Source: Eledone cirrhosa
Taxonomy: Eukaryota
DNA length: 64,000 nucleotides
Assembly: GCA_964016885.1 (NCBI GenBank)
Contig: OZ024741.1
Coordinates: 143,468,001-143,532,000, forward strand
Direction of reading: 5' to 3'
Below, one piece after another: positions 12,857-24,287 of the stretch (positions are counted from its first letter, which is position 1; each line of letters begins with the position of its first letter). The translations under genes were made by a program, and so were the position numbers. The notes below the pieces were generated by a model. It worked only from the letters and a program-made list of their open reading frames with translations. It ran no database searches and was not told where the DNA came from.

Positions 12857-13021
12857 GTTGACGCTGGTGGAATATTATGAACAAGATGAAATCCTCAAAT
12901 TACGACAGGCAGCACTAAAGAAAGAAGATGCAGATTTACAGTTGGAGTTGGAGAAGTTGGAGCGAGAAAGAAATTTGCATATACGAGAGCTGAAACGAAT
13001 ACACAATGAAGATAATTCTAG
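12857..13021 (+). CDS. TLK: Tousled-like kinase exon (first in window; coiled coil CC3)
   Basis: ttttag acceptor; [54 protein letters not shown] matches the TLK pre-kinase coiled coil; donor AG|GTAGCA, phase 2. Confidence 0.95.
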
Positions 13022-14827
13022 GTAGCATTGCAATAAAGTTTGGGGGTTGCCATTTTCATTCTTTCTCTCTATATATATATATGTATATACACACGCACAC
13101 ACACATGTATGTCGGCAACTAAACTAGCAAACCACCACTTAGAAAGGTTACTCACCCTCCTCATCAAGCAAGCTTGGTGAGGAGGGTGATTTTTGCAAAC
13201 ACTATGGGATGAAAGACAGTTTGTTAGCCTTGATTGGTAGTCTGTCTAAGAAAAGGGTTACTCTGATTTCAAAACCAAGGTAGATGGGACTCCTTAGTCA
13301 CTTAAGTAACCTTTCTAAGTAGCCAATAGCTTCATCCTTGTGGTAATGGCAGATGAACTGCAGCTTGGTAACCAGCTTCTGAGTAATTGATGGGAATTCA
13401 GGACCCACCAATGTTACTTTTTTCCCCAACCATACTGCATTCATAATCAGGTGGGTGTGATAACACTGATACTCAGGTGCCAATGTTTGTCAATTCTCAG
13501 GTGGGAACCTCTATCAACAGATAGTGGGGTAGGTATGATCACACTAATTACCCAGATGGCGGTGTCAATTCTCAGGTGAGGACTCCTGTCAACAGACAGT
13601 GGAGTAGGTATGATAAGACTGATTACCCAGATATCAGTGTTTGTCACATCTCAGGTTAGAACCCCTATCAACAGCCTGAATTACTTGGGTTATTCTGAAT
13701 TGTCATTATTTGTCATCTCTCAGGTGAGAATCCCTGAAACCCACCGATTCCCAACTCCCGAGCATTGCACCATTCCATAACTGCTTGCATCCATCTCATT
13801 TTCCCCAGTTTCTCTCTCCAATTCTTGTCTTGTCTTTAATTTCCATTAGTCTAATAGTGTGTAGAACCAGTTTGACTGAAGCGCTGTAACAACATCGACA
13901 TACAGCATTGTTTTGGCTATAATTCTTGTAAATGTAAGGTTATACAGTGAAAATCCTGCCAGAATTCAGGTCAGAAAGACACATACTAGATAAAATTAAC
14001 CCAACCATGGATTTTCATAAAACATAAAAGTCATGAATGACCATGGGTTTTGTACATAAAGAATTTCCCTCTAAAGCACAAGCCTGGGCAAGGTGTTTTT
14101 ATGGAAGACCAGCAGTCTTCCCTCTCCATGCCACCAATGTTTTCCAAGGGAATGGCAAACGCCGATACAGCTTGACACCAATAACATAACAATTCATATA
14201 TACCCCATATAGACACTACACTATATATAATGCTTGAGAGAAAGGCATAAGTCTATACAGTTTGGCACCAGTGATGCCTTTCTTACACTATATAATGTTC
14301 AAGGGAAAGACAAAAGCCAATACAGCTTGGTACCAGTGATGTCGCAACTCATTTCTCCTGCTGAGTGAACTGAGCAGTGTGAAATAAAAGTGTCTGTTTC
14401 AAGGGCGCAACATACCACCTGGTCTGGGAATCAAACTCACATCATCACAATTCGCAACCCAATGCTGTTACCATTAAACAACGTGCCTTCACTTCATAAA
14501 TATTATAAATGCTCATTAATATATATGAACATGAGTTCAACTCATGCCAGCAAAGAAAGACATTTTAAACCGTGATGGTGGTATCGGTGGTGGTGGTGAT
14601 GATTAATCAACATTTCTGAGTGTCATAATAAACACAGGCTGTTTATTTTCCCATCCAGCTATCTGTCAGTGATGATGATCATCATCACTTTTTTGTATTT
14701 GTTTACCATACTGGCATGGGTTGGATGTGTTGTCATATTCTGTGGCTGAGCAGGTCAGATAACCATATCTTGCTCATACATTCCAATTTGGAATGGTTTC
14801 TATGGCTGGATACCCTTCCTAATGCCA

Positions 14828-15215
14828 TTCACTTTACAGCGTGGACTAGATGTATTTTACCGTGACACCAGCACTACTACATTATAGCATGGACAAGGAA
14901 CATTTTATTGTGAAAGCAGCACTACCACTTTATAGTATGGGCAGGGTATATTTTATTGACACCAAGACTACCACTTTATAATGTGGACAGGGTACATTTT
15001 ATTGTAGCACCAACACTACCACTTTATAGCATTGACTGGGTACATTTTATTGTGATACCAGCACAACCACTTTACTAAGTGAATTGGGTACATTTTATTA
15101 GGACACCTGCTCAACTACTTTATAGTGTGGACAGAGTATATTTTATCATGACACTAGCCCTACCACTTTATAACATGGGTTGGGTTTATTTTATCATAAC
15201 ACCAGCACTACCACA
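14828..15215 (-). repeat. About 46-bp tandem array of an RTE 3' UTR module
   Basis: (cactaccactttatagtgtggacagggtacattttattgtgacaccag)n adjoining an RTE tail fragment. Confidence 0.85.
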
Positions 15216-15380
15216 TAATAAAATGTTTGTGCTGTGTTATTAAATTGACCAGACAACTTATGTTACATAATTACAAACTTAACCTACCTACCTTCATTAA
15301 TCTTAATCAGTTGTTTATTATCTGCCTCATTCACTAATGAGTTATTAAAAATTGTTTTTTTCCTCTAACATGTTTTACAG

Positions 15381-15462
15381 ATTTAAAGATCACCCCATAT
15401 TGAATGAAAGGTATTTGCTGCTGTGTTTGTTAGGAAAAGGTGGTTTTAGTGAGGTACATAAG
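15381..15462 (+). CDS. TLK: TLK exon, kinase subdomain I (Gly loop)
   Basis: tttacag acceptor; [27 protein letters not shown]; gtaagt donor; in frame with neighbours. Confidence 0.96.
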
Positions 15463-16109
15463 GTAAGTGGCTTGAAAATTAACGTTTCTTATTTGTCTTT
15501 GTTAGGGAACGCAAGCCATAGTTGTTTCAACACACACATGCATGCACAAACACATCTATTGACCTGTTGATGGGTGTTCTCTGTCATGCTGAATCTCCCT
15601 GATTACTATGTTAAGTGTATACATATTTGTAGAATGCTCAGCAACTTGTATGTATGTTAATTTCATAAGCAAGCTCTTCTTAATTGAATCCACTAGAACA
15701 TTTATTGATGTGACCGACAGGTCTATCAAAATATGACTTAATTCATCGCCTGTCTTAACACCCCACCACCACCATCACCAGGCCATTGGATAAACTTAGC
15801 AGAGTCTACACTGTTGCAAATATTTAAGGTCCTGTTTTGAGGATGCTTTCCTTCCTCCCACAAGTCTTGGAGAGGGACATGGACACTTCTCTTCCTTCCC
15901 TGACTAAACAGCAAAAAAAAAAAACATTAGTAATTACTACTACTACTACCAGCTTTATTACACATTATTAGTCCTACTAGGTCTATTATAAGTAAATATT
16001 ACTACCAGCTCTATTACAAATTATTAATACTATGAGATCTGTCCTCCTGGCTGTAGTAGTTAGTACTATTGGTTCTATTGTAAGTAATTAGTACTACTAT
16101 ATTGTCTTC

Positions 16110-16680
16110 ATTAGAGTATAGTAGAATTACTTATCTAGGTAGTAAAGTCTCTAGCTGCAAAAGCAATGTAAACACATACATTGGTAAGGGCTGGCGTGCC
16201 ATCAACAAGTTACCTCTAGTGTGGAAATCTAGACGTCCAGACATGAAAAGGTGCCTCTTTCAAGCATCTGTTACTTCTATTGTATGGCTGCTCAGCATGG
16301 TCCATTACATCAAAACTGGAAAGATTAGGTGGAGCCTACACTCGCATGCTAAGAGTGGCTTTGAATGTCAATCGGAGAGATCAGTTGACCAATGGGCAAC
16401 AGTATGGAAAGCTTCATCCTGTATCAGACATCATCAAAGAGTCAGATTCACAGGGCTTTATTGGAGAGTTAAACACGAAATTGTTGCTGAAGTTCTTTTG
16501 TGGGAGCCTGGAAGAGCTAGCAGAGGATGACAAGCCAAGACCTATCATCAAGCAGATTTTTGACATAAATTGCAATCCTTCTGACTTTCCAAATATGATG
16601 AACAATAGAATTGGATGGTTACAGAGTCACAGGAATCAATGCAATCAGTGCGACCTATTGATTGATTATTACTAGTTATA
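16110..16680 (+). mobile_element. 3' fragment of a different RTE-like LINE
   Basis: YLGS...WRAINKL..VWKS, YGCSAW, YTRMLRVALNV and LLWEP across frameshifts. Confidence 0.7.
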
Positions 16681-17666
16681 TTATAAATTATTCTTACTAC
16701 TGGTTCTATTACAATTAGAACTACTAAGTCTGTTACAAGTAATTAGTATATGGAAAGTATACACTAATTACTTGTAATAATTTGCCACATTTCAGTTACA
16801 TTGGTACCTCTTGCTATTGTCTTAAGCTGACAAATACCTTGTAAGTGAAATTGGTGGGAAGAAACTGTGCAAAGGCCTGTCATGTACGTGTGTGTATATG
16901 TATATAATTGGTTTGTGATTGTTTCTACATTGGTACTGCACTGGTATGGTCATGTGATGTGTATAGCTGATGATCCTTAGGTGAAGAAGTGCCAAGAAAT
17001 CACTGAATCTGACAGTCGGGTTGAAGAGGGAGTGCAATGAATGGAGGGATGTTGTACTGGAAATAATCCATCCAGCCCATGCAAGCATGGAAAAATGAAC
17101 ATAAAATGGTGATGATTATGATGATGATGATGATTGACATTGCTTCAGCAGCTCAATAGTTTGTGTGAAGTTCAAGGAAATAAATGTCAGAAAAGGCATG
17201 GTCATCTGACCATAGAATACTGCCTCAAAAAGTATCATCCAGCCCATGCCAACATTAAAAGAGATGGTGATATTCTATCTCTCTCTACAAATAGATACAT
17301 CATCAGCTCTTAAGAATTTAGGAGCTTCTCTTGCAATCGCTTGAATAAACGTATATCTTGTTGGTAGAAACTTTTATTGATTCAGCCATCCAGCTTATAT
17401 TTTTGTTGGTGAACAATCACAATTTCAGCCAAGCTTTCTTTTAATCAATAGTGAAGAAAAAGAAAACATTTTTCACTTTTCCCCTATGCAATACTGCAAC
17501 AATTTCTCCATTACTCTCTCCCTTCGCCAACTCTCATTGTGCAAGTCTAGAATTGTGGACTATAAATAGTTTATAAAACATTCTTACCTCATACAACAGT
17601 CAATGTTAGGTCATTACTAACCCAGAGCATGCTTTATATCATTAACTGATGTTATCTCATAAAAAA

Positions 17667-17713
<47 letters not shown>

Positions 17714-17841
17714 CTCCCCCCCCCTCTCTCCCTCCCTCCCTCTCTCTCTCTCTCTCTCAATCTACATATATAGTCTCTACATTTAAATATAGATCACATA
17801 TTTATCTTTCTCTGCATATGGTATTATTGTATACTATTGTT

Positions 17842-17931
17842 CAAATCATCATTTTTATAATCATATGTCCACTTACAATACTGGTACAAATCATCATTTT
17901 TATAATCATATGTCCACTTACAATACTGGTA
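17842..17931. repeat. Exact 45-bp tandem duplication
   Basis: caaatcatcatttttataatcatatgtccacttacaatactggta x2. Confidence 0.9.
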
Positions 17932-18126
17932 TGGGTTGGATGGGTTGTGACAGAATGAGTCTCAGTAATTAAACAGAGCTATTATTCCACATTTCACTTG
18001 ATCATTCCATTTTTGGCATGGTTTTCTATGTCTGGATGCCCTTCATGCCCTTCCTGATAACAGTCATTTTACATATTGTAATAGGTGTATTTTATCATAG
18101 CACCAGTTCTTGAAAAATGTTATCAA

Positions 18127-18214
<88 letters not shown>

Positions 18215-18304
18215 CAGCACATGCTTTTTTTGTAAATAGTAATTTCTATTTCTTTTTCTTAAATCTATAATAATTTTTATATTTATTGCTGTTTGTTATT
18301 TCAG

Positions 18305-18396
18305 GGATTTGATTTAAAAGAACAGAGATATGTTGCCTGTAAAATTCATCAGCTTAACAAAGACTGGAAAGATGATAAAAAAGCCAATTATATCAA
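18305..18396 (+). CDS. TLK: TLK exon, subdomain II (VACK lysine)
   Basis: ttcag acceptor; [30 protein letters not shown]; gtaagt donor. Confidence 0.96.
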
Positions 18397-18603
18397 GTAA
18401 GTACATCCATAGGTTTTTGCTTGGATCATGGTTGCACATAATACAGATGTGTATGTACATCCATAGGTTTTTTTGCTTGGATCATGGTTGCACATAATAC
18501 AGATGTGTATGAACATCCATAGGTTTTTGCTTGGATCATTGTGGCACATGATACAGAGGAGTACATTAATCAGTACTTCTCTCCACCATTCAACATGGTA
18601 CAC

Positions 18604-18850
18604 TCATCATCATCAACAATATTTAACACCCTCTTTCCTTGCTAGAAATGGTTGGACAGGTCTACATAGACCAAGTCAGCACTAAATCGAGGCTATTGAC
18701 CTCTCAGACAAGTCTGTATCTCTGTATCAACCACATCGCCTCTCCCCATACACTAATCAGCTACGCCTACTCCTTACTTCAGTACTGACTTGGTCTATGT
18801 AGACCTATCCAACACTTACTAGCAGGGAAAGCAGACATTAAATGATGATA
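18604..18850. repeat. Foldback element with RTE-type tails at both ends
   Basis: 18651-18683 pairs with 18781-18813 at 31/33; outer arms are the RTE 3' stem plus (CAT)/(ATG) tails. Confidence 0.8.
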
Positions 18851-18859
18851 TATGTGTAA

Positions 18860-19140
18860 AGACGCATGGTTAGGGTATTTGGCTCAGGATTGTATGGTTG
18901 TGGGTTTGATTCCCAATGGCACATTGTGTCCTTCAGCAAGACACTTTATTTCATGTTGCTCCAGTCCACTCAGCTGGCAAAAATGAGTTGTACCTGTAAT
19001 TCGAAGGGCCAACTTTGTCATATTCGGTTCACACTTAATCTCCTTAAAAACTATGTTACAGGTACACATGTCTGTGACATGCTCAGCTACTTGCACATTA
19101 ATTTCACAAGTAGGCTGTTCCAACTGGACCTCAATGGAGA
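18860..19140 (+). mobile_element. tRNA-derived SINE family B
   Basis: B-box-like ggtttgattccc head; body shared with 6270-6520 (-), 15575-15720, 32265-32458 (-) and 57425-57750. Confidence 0.75.
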
Positions 19141-19376
19141 AGGAAAAAAATATGTATACATACATACTCACACACACACACCATATATAATTGTCTCAAC
19201 CAACAACTAACAACATCAGTAGTGTAGTTGGTGAATTATCGACAAAGTTATTGAAACTAAAGGAGATAAAGAAGTGTGTACACCTTGCAAGGGAGGTAAC
19301 TCAGAATGTAACTGTTTTATTATTTTGATTCCCATTTTGATCTTAATGTTTCTTAATATTTTTTTCCCCTTTTCAG

Positions 19377-19466
19377 ACATGCTTTAAGAGAATATAATAT
19401 ACACAAAAGCCTTGACCACCCGCGGATAGTACGGCTATACGATGTGTTTGAAATTGATACAAATTC
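19377..19466 (+). CDS. TLK: TLK exon, subdomains III-IV
   Basis: tttcag acceptor; [29 protein letters not shown]; gtaagt donor. Confidence 0.96.
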
Positions 19467-19995
19467 GTAAGTAGCAATTTTTAAAAAAAACCTCTTCATT
19501 TATATATTTCTTTAGAGTTCCTGTATTGTTATTTTCTTGGTTTTTTGCAACAATTTTTCTATGCTGGCATGGGTTGGATGAGATATTTTATGGCTAGATG
19601 CCCTTCCATATTTTAATTTTAAGTAGAATACTTATTTCCACTGAGCTTTGTCAAACCATTAATGCCATGTGACGTGAACAAACAGCATCATTTGTTTAGA
19701 TAGTGTCATGGTGCTATATGTGGAGACTAACAAACTGACAATGCACACACACACACACACATTCATTTATATATAATGAATTAGAAGGAAATAAGGTCAT
19801 ATTTCATTACATTTTATTTATTATGTAATAGCGGTAATACATATTTCTATGGTATCTGTTTTGTATTTTTAAACCTTCAGATACAATTTCATCAGACTGC
19901 TTTCATCTGTATAAATATGAGTGATGTGGTTTGGTGATAAAGCAACCAGGAGTTTTTCACTATTGATTCTCTACTCTCCAGTCAATATATATATG

Positions 19996-20538
19996 TCAGG
20001 TCGCTCTTCTATGCTACTGGTAACATGTAACCCAGTACAACCTGTGCGTGGTCGGGTCATCACCGACTAAACCGGCAACCCCACCAATCTTGCTTGGTGA
20101 GGAGGGTGATTTTGGACATCCTGTGGGATGAAAAACAAACCCTGTCAAAGGGCGAAGGAACTCAAGAGTCAACGACCATCCAATAATTTTTTTTTTTTTG
20201 TGGCACGAGACACTCCTAGTCTTCATTAAGACATATCTCTAAGAGAATCTTACTCTAATATAAAACCTGCAACCTCGTTTGCATCCAATGATATAGACCA
20301 GTTCTTATTTTTGGGTAAATGCATTCGATGTTCAGAGAGTGGGATTGACTCTGTGCAAAGCATTTCCTCACTTAAAAAAGCATCAAGCACAGGCATCACT
20401 TGATATGTGACATGTTTTTGCAATGTATGGCATTGCTGACCATAAGCAAGTCCCCTGCAGAACTAAAAAGCCATGACTCTGGTGCTCAGGCTTAAGTATG
20501 AAGCGGTGGCATTGCTTAAAATCGAGTTACAGCCATCA
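19996..20538 (+). repeat. Dispersed repeat, possibly derived from a LINE 5' UTR
   Basis: gcttggtgaggagggtgattttggacatcctgtgggatgaaaaacaaac shared with about 12405-12500 and 13110-13290. Confidence 0.55.
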
Positions 20539-21128
20539 CATATATATGTGTGTGTGAGTGTGTGTTATGTATTTCCATAGAAAAGGTAAAGAAAGAAGAG
20601 TATTCTATGTATAGTACAGAGCTTATTTAATTATATAATAAATAACACAATATAATTATTCCGTTACCTAAGGTTTCATGAAACTAGACGATCTTAACAG
20701 AAACGTCCAGTACGCTCATCAAATGAAATATTAAAATATATATATATATGCATACACACATACATATAGGTATGTCTGTATACGTCTTTCATGCAATTTC
20801 CATCTTCCAATTTTCATTCACATGGCATTGGTGCCATCAAACCCAAAACCACATGGTTGCAAAGGCAAAATTTTAACCCCACAGCTATGCCTTTCTCTAT
20901 AACATATAACAAATTCTTAGGTCCAGGTATCACATCTCCAACACCTTGCTCTACAAACATCAACATTTTTCCTCATTAATATATAACCTTCTATATTACT
21001 AATCACTCCTCCTACCATCATCACAGCTGGTTCTACTATTACCACCACAGCTACTACTACTATTACCATGATTACTACTATTACAATATTTGCATTGATT
21101 TCATGTTTGTTTGTTTCCTTCCTTGCAG

Positions 21129-21298
21129 CTTCTGTACTGTGTTAGAATACTGTGATGGCAACGACTTGGATTTCTACCTCAAGCAGAACAAGTGCATTCC
21201 CGAGAAGGAGGCGCGCTCCATTATCTGTCAGACTGTCAGTGCTCTCAAATACCTTAATGAAATTAAGCCACCTGTGATACATTATGACCTTAAACCTG
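21129..21298 (+). CDS. TLK: TLK exon, subdomains V-VIb (HYDLKP catalytic loop)
   Basis: ttgcag acceptor; [19 protein letters not shown]...IHYDLKP; gtaagt donor, phase 1. Confidence 0.97.
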
Positions 21299-21954
21299 GT
21301 AAGTAAATCCTTTTATAAGGTGGTCCCTTCTCCTAACCTCACCACCATCCTTGAGATGTTGAAAGGTTTAATGTGTTATGGCCTTAAACCTGGTAACCTT
21401 TCATAAGGCAAACTAACCCTCGAAATGATGAAGGTGGAAATAATGTGTTATGATTTTGAACCTGGTAATTAACCATTCCTAAGGTCACCCCACCACCACC
21501 ACCATCCTTGACATGTTGGAGCAGGAAGGGTGTTTTAACCTTACACCTGGTAAGAAACCCATTTATAAGGTGACCAACCCACGTGGTGTTGGATGGGGGA
21601 AGGGTGTTGTGACTTTAAACCTTGGTAACCCCTCATAAGGTGACTCCTTTACCCTCAAGTTATTGGAGGAGTGTGTAGTTCACAAGCTTTTGGAAAGATT
21701 CAGGGTTTTTTTTTATTAAGCTTTATGTCATTTTTACTGGGTACTGAAATTTCTAAATCGGTAACTAAAAGACTGGAAAGGATGGTGCCACCATTACATC
21801 GTTCCCCTGAACCCTTTAGCATTTAAATTGGTCGTATCCGGCCAGAATTCTCTCACCTCTTTCTGTTCAAACCAGCTGTAACCGTCCACTCATACCAATG
21901 TTAAGGTATTGTTCTCAAAATAAATAATATCCAAATCTCATAGATTAGATATTA

Positions 21955-22280
21955 TATGAGGTGTTGTTTCCTTGGGCAAGACACTTTATTTCACATTGCT
22001 CCAGTTTACTCAGCTGTAGAAATGAGATGATAGGGACTGGGGTCCCTATCATTCCACTGCAAAGTGCTCGTGGAGGTGCCACGGCAAAAAAAGCACCCAG
22101 CCCACACTGTAAAGTGGACGTGTAGGCGCCACAGAAAAAAAGCACCCAGCACTCACTGTAAATGAGGTTGGTGTTAGGAAGGGCATCCAGCTGTAGATAT
22201 CAAGCCAGAATCAGTTCCCGTCCCACCCTTGCAAGCAGGGAAAAGCAGGCATAAAATGATGATGATGATGATGATGATGA
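21955..22280 (+). mobile_element. SINE body fused to the young RTE 3' UTR and tail
   Basis: tccttgggcaagacactttatttcac...cagctg body shared with 18925-18980; 22068-22217 matches RTE 3' UTR about 59944-60089; (GAT)n tail. Confidence 0.75.
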
Positions 22281-22716
22281 AAGCCTTTACTGCGAAAATA
22301 TAATAGTAAATATAGAGTAATGTAAAGGGTTAACCATTAAATACATCTTCATGATCTCTCTTCACAGTGACTCCTGTTTTCTACTATTTACTCTAAAGAG
22401 CTGAATCTGGACTAACATGCAACATTTTGCCATCACTTTTCCTCTTTCTCTCTCCCCACAAACCCAAACTCATCCATTTTCTCAAATTGAATATCCATCA
22501 TCTTAACCAATGTAACATGTAAAATCACTCCACTCCATTTTTCCTCCCTCTCTCTCTGCAACTCTGTATCTTCCCAACTCACAGACATATTAAGATAAGA
22601 TCCAGGTTTATGGAGCCCTTGATGTCTGGCAGTCACACAGAATTCAATGCAATTTTTTTAGACCTCTCCTTTCTTTTCTTTTCTTCTTTTTCTTTTTTTT
22701 TCTTCGTCTTCTTCCA

Positions 22717-23840
22717 CAGCCATGCCTACATCTCCCTCTTAACCACACAGCCATACCTACATCTCTCTCTTAACTACACAGCTATGCCTACACATCCTTA
22801 ACCACACAGCCATGCCTACATCTCCTTCTTAACCACACAGCCATACCTACATATCTCTCTTAACTACACAGTCATGCCTACACATTCTTAACCACACAGC
22901 CATACCTACATCTCTCTCTTAACCACACAGCCATACCTACATCTCTCTCTTAACCACACAGCCATACCTACATCTCTCTCTTAACCACACAGCCATACCT
23001 ACATCTCTCTCTTAACCACACAGCCATACCTACATCTCTCTCTTAACTACACAGCTATACCTACATCTCTCTCTTAACCACACAGCCATACCTACATCTC
23101 TCTCTCTTAACCACACAGCCATACCTACATCTCTCTCTTAACCACACAGCCATACCTACATCTCTCTCTTAACCACACAGCCATACCTACATCTCTCTCT
23201 CTTAACCACACAGCCATACCTACATCTCTCTCTTAACTACACAGCCATTCCTACATCTCTCTCTTAACCACACAGCCATACCTACATCTCTCTCTTAACT
23301 ACACAGCTATACCTACATCTCTCTCTTAACCACACAGCCATACCTACATCTCTCTCTCTTAACCACACAGCCATACCTACATCTCTCTCTTAACTACACA
23401 GCCATTCCTACATCTCTCTCTTAACCACACAGCCATACCTACATCTCTCTCTTAACTACACAGCTATACCTACATCTCTCTCTTAACCACACAGCCATAC
23501 CTACATCTCTCTCTTAACCACACAGCCATACCTACATCTCTCTCTTAACCACACAGCCATACCTACATCTCTCTCTTAACCACACAGCCATACCTACATC
23601 TCTCTCTTAACCACACAGCTACGCCTACACATCCTTAACCACACAGCTATGCCTACACCCCCTTAACCACACAAACATATCTACACCTCTCCATTAACCA
23701 CACAAACATATCTGTACCCACCCACCCCCACCCTCCGTTAACTATACAACCATACCTCCAGCTCCCCCTTAACCACACAGCCATGCCTACACCCCCTTAA
23801 CCACACGGCCATGCCTATACCTCTCTCTTAACCACACAGC
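22717..23840. repeat. About 30-bp minisatellite, roughly 37 units
   Basis: (ttaaccacacagccatacctacatctctctc)n. Confidence 0.97.
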
Positions 23841-24151
23841 ATGCTAGCACTTCAACATTCCTTGTCTTGTCATATTACATATATCTGCACTAGTGTAATG
23901 CTGTCTGCCTTTATCTCTCTCACTTTCCTCTCTCCTATATCTAACAATATAAAATTATGGCTGAACTGATCTCAAATTGCTGAAGCTCACAGAGGAAATG
24001 TGTGAAGAGATGCAGTACTTGAAAAGACCTCTCCAACCCATACAAGCCTGAGAATAAATGACATGAAATGATGATGATGATAACAAGGAAGATGATCTAC
24101 TGTTGAAACATTATCGACAGTCAATGTAAACTGTTTTTTCTTCTCTTCCAG

Positions 24152-24287
24152 GTAACATTCTGCTAGGGAGTGGGTCAGTTAGTGGAGAGATTAAAATTAC
24201 AGACTTTGGTCTAAGCAAGATCATGGATGATGAAAATTATTCTGATGCAGGCATGGACCTAACGTCTCAAGGTGCTGGTACTTACTG
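24152..24287 (+). CDS. TLK: TLK exon, DFG motif and activation segment
   Basis: ttccag acceptor; [44 protein letters not shown]; gtatgt donor. Confidence 0.97.

Noticed and set aside
19870-20710. Further hammerhead-like fragments (about 19880-19910 and 20660-20705)
   Set aside because: Several core mismatches and no convincing stems
22717-23840. CRISPR-like periodicity
   Set aside because: Contiguous units without unique spacers, no cas genes, eukaryotic context
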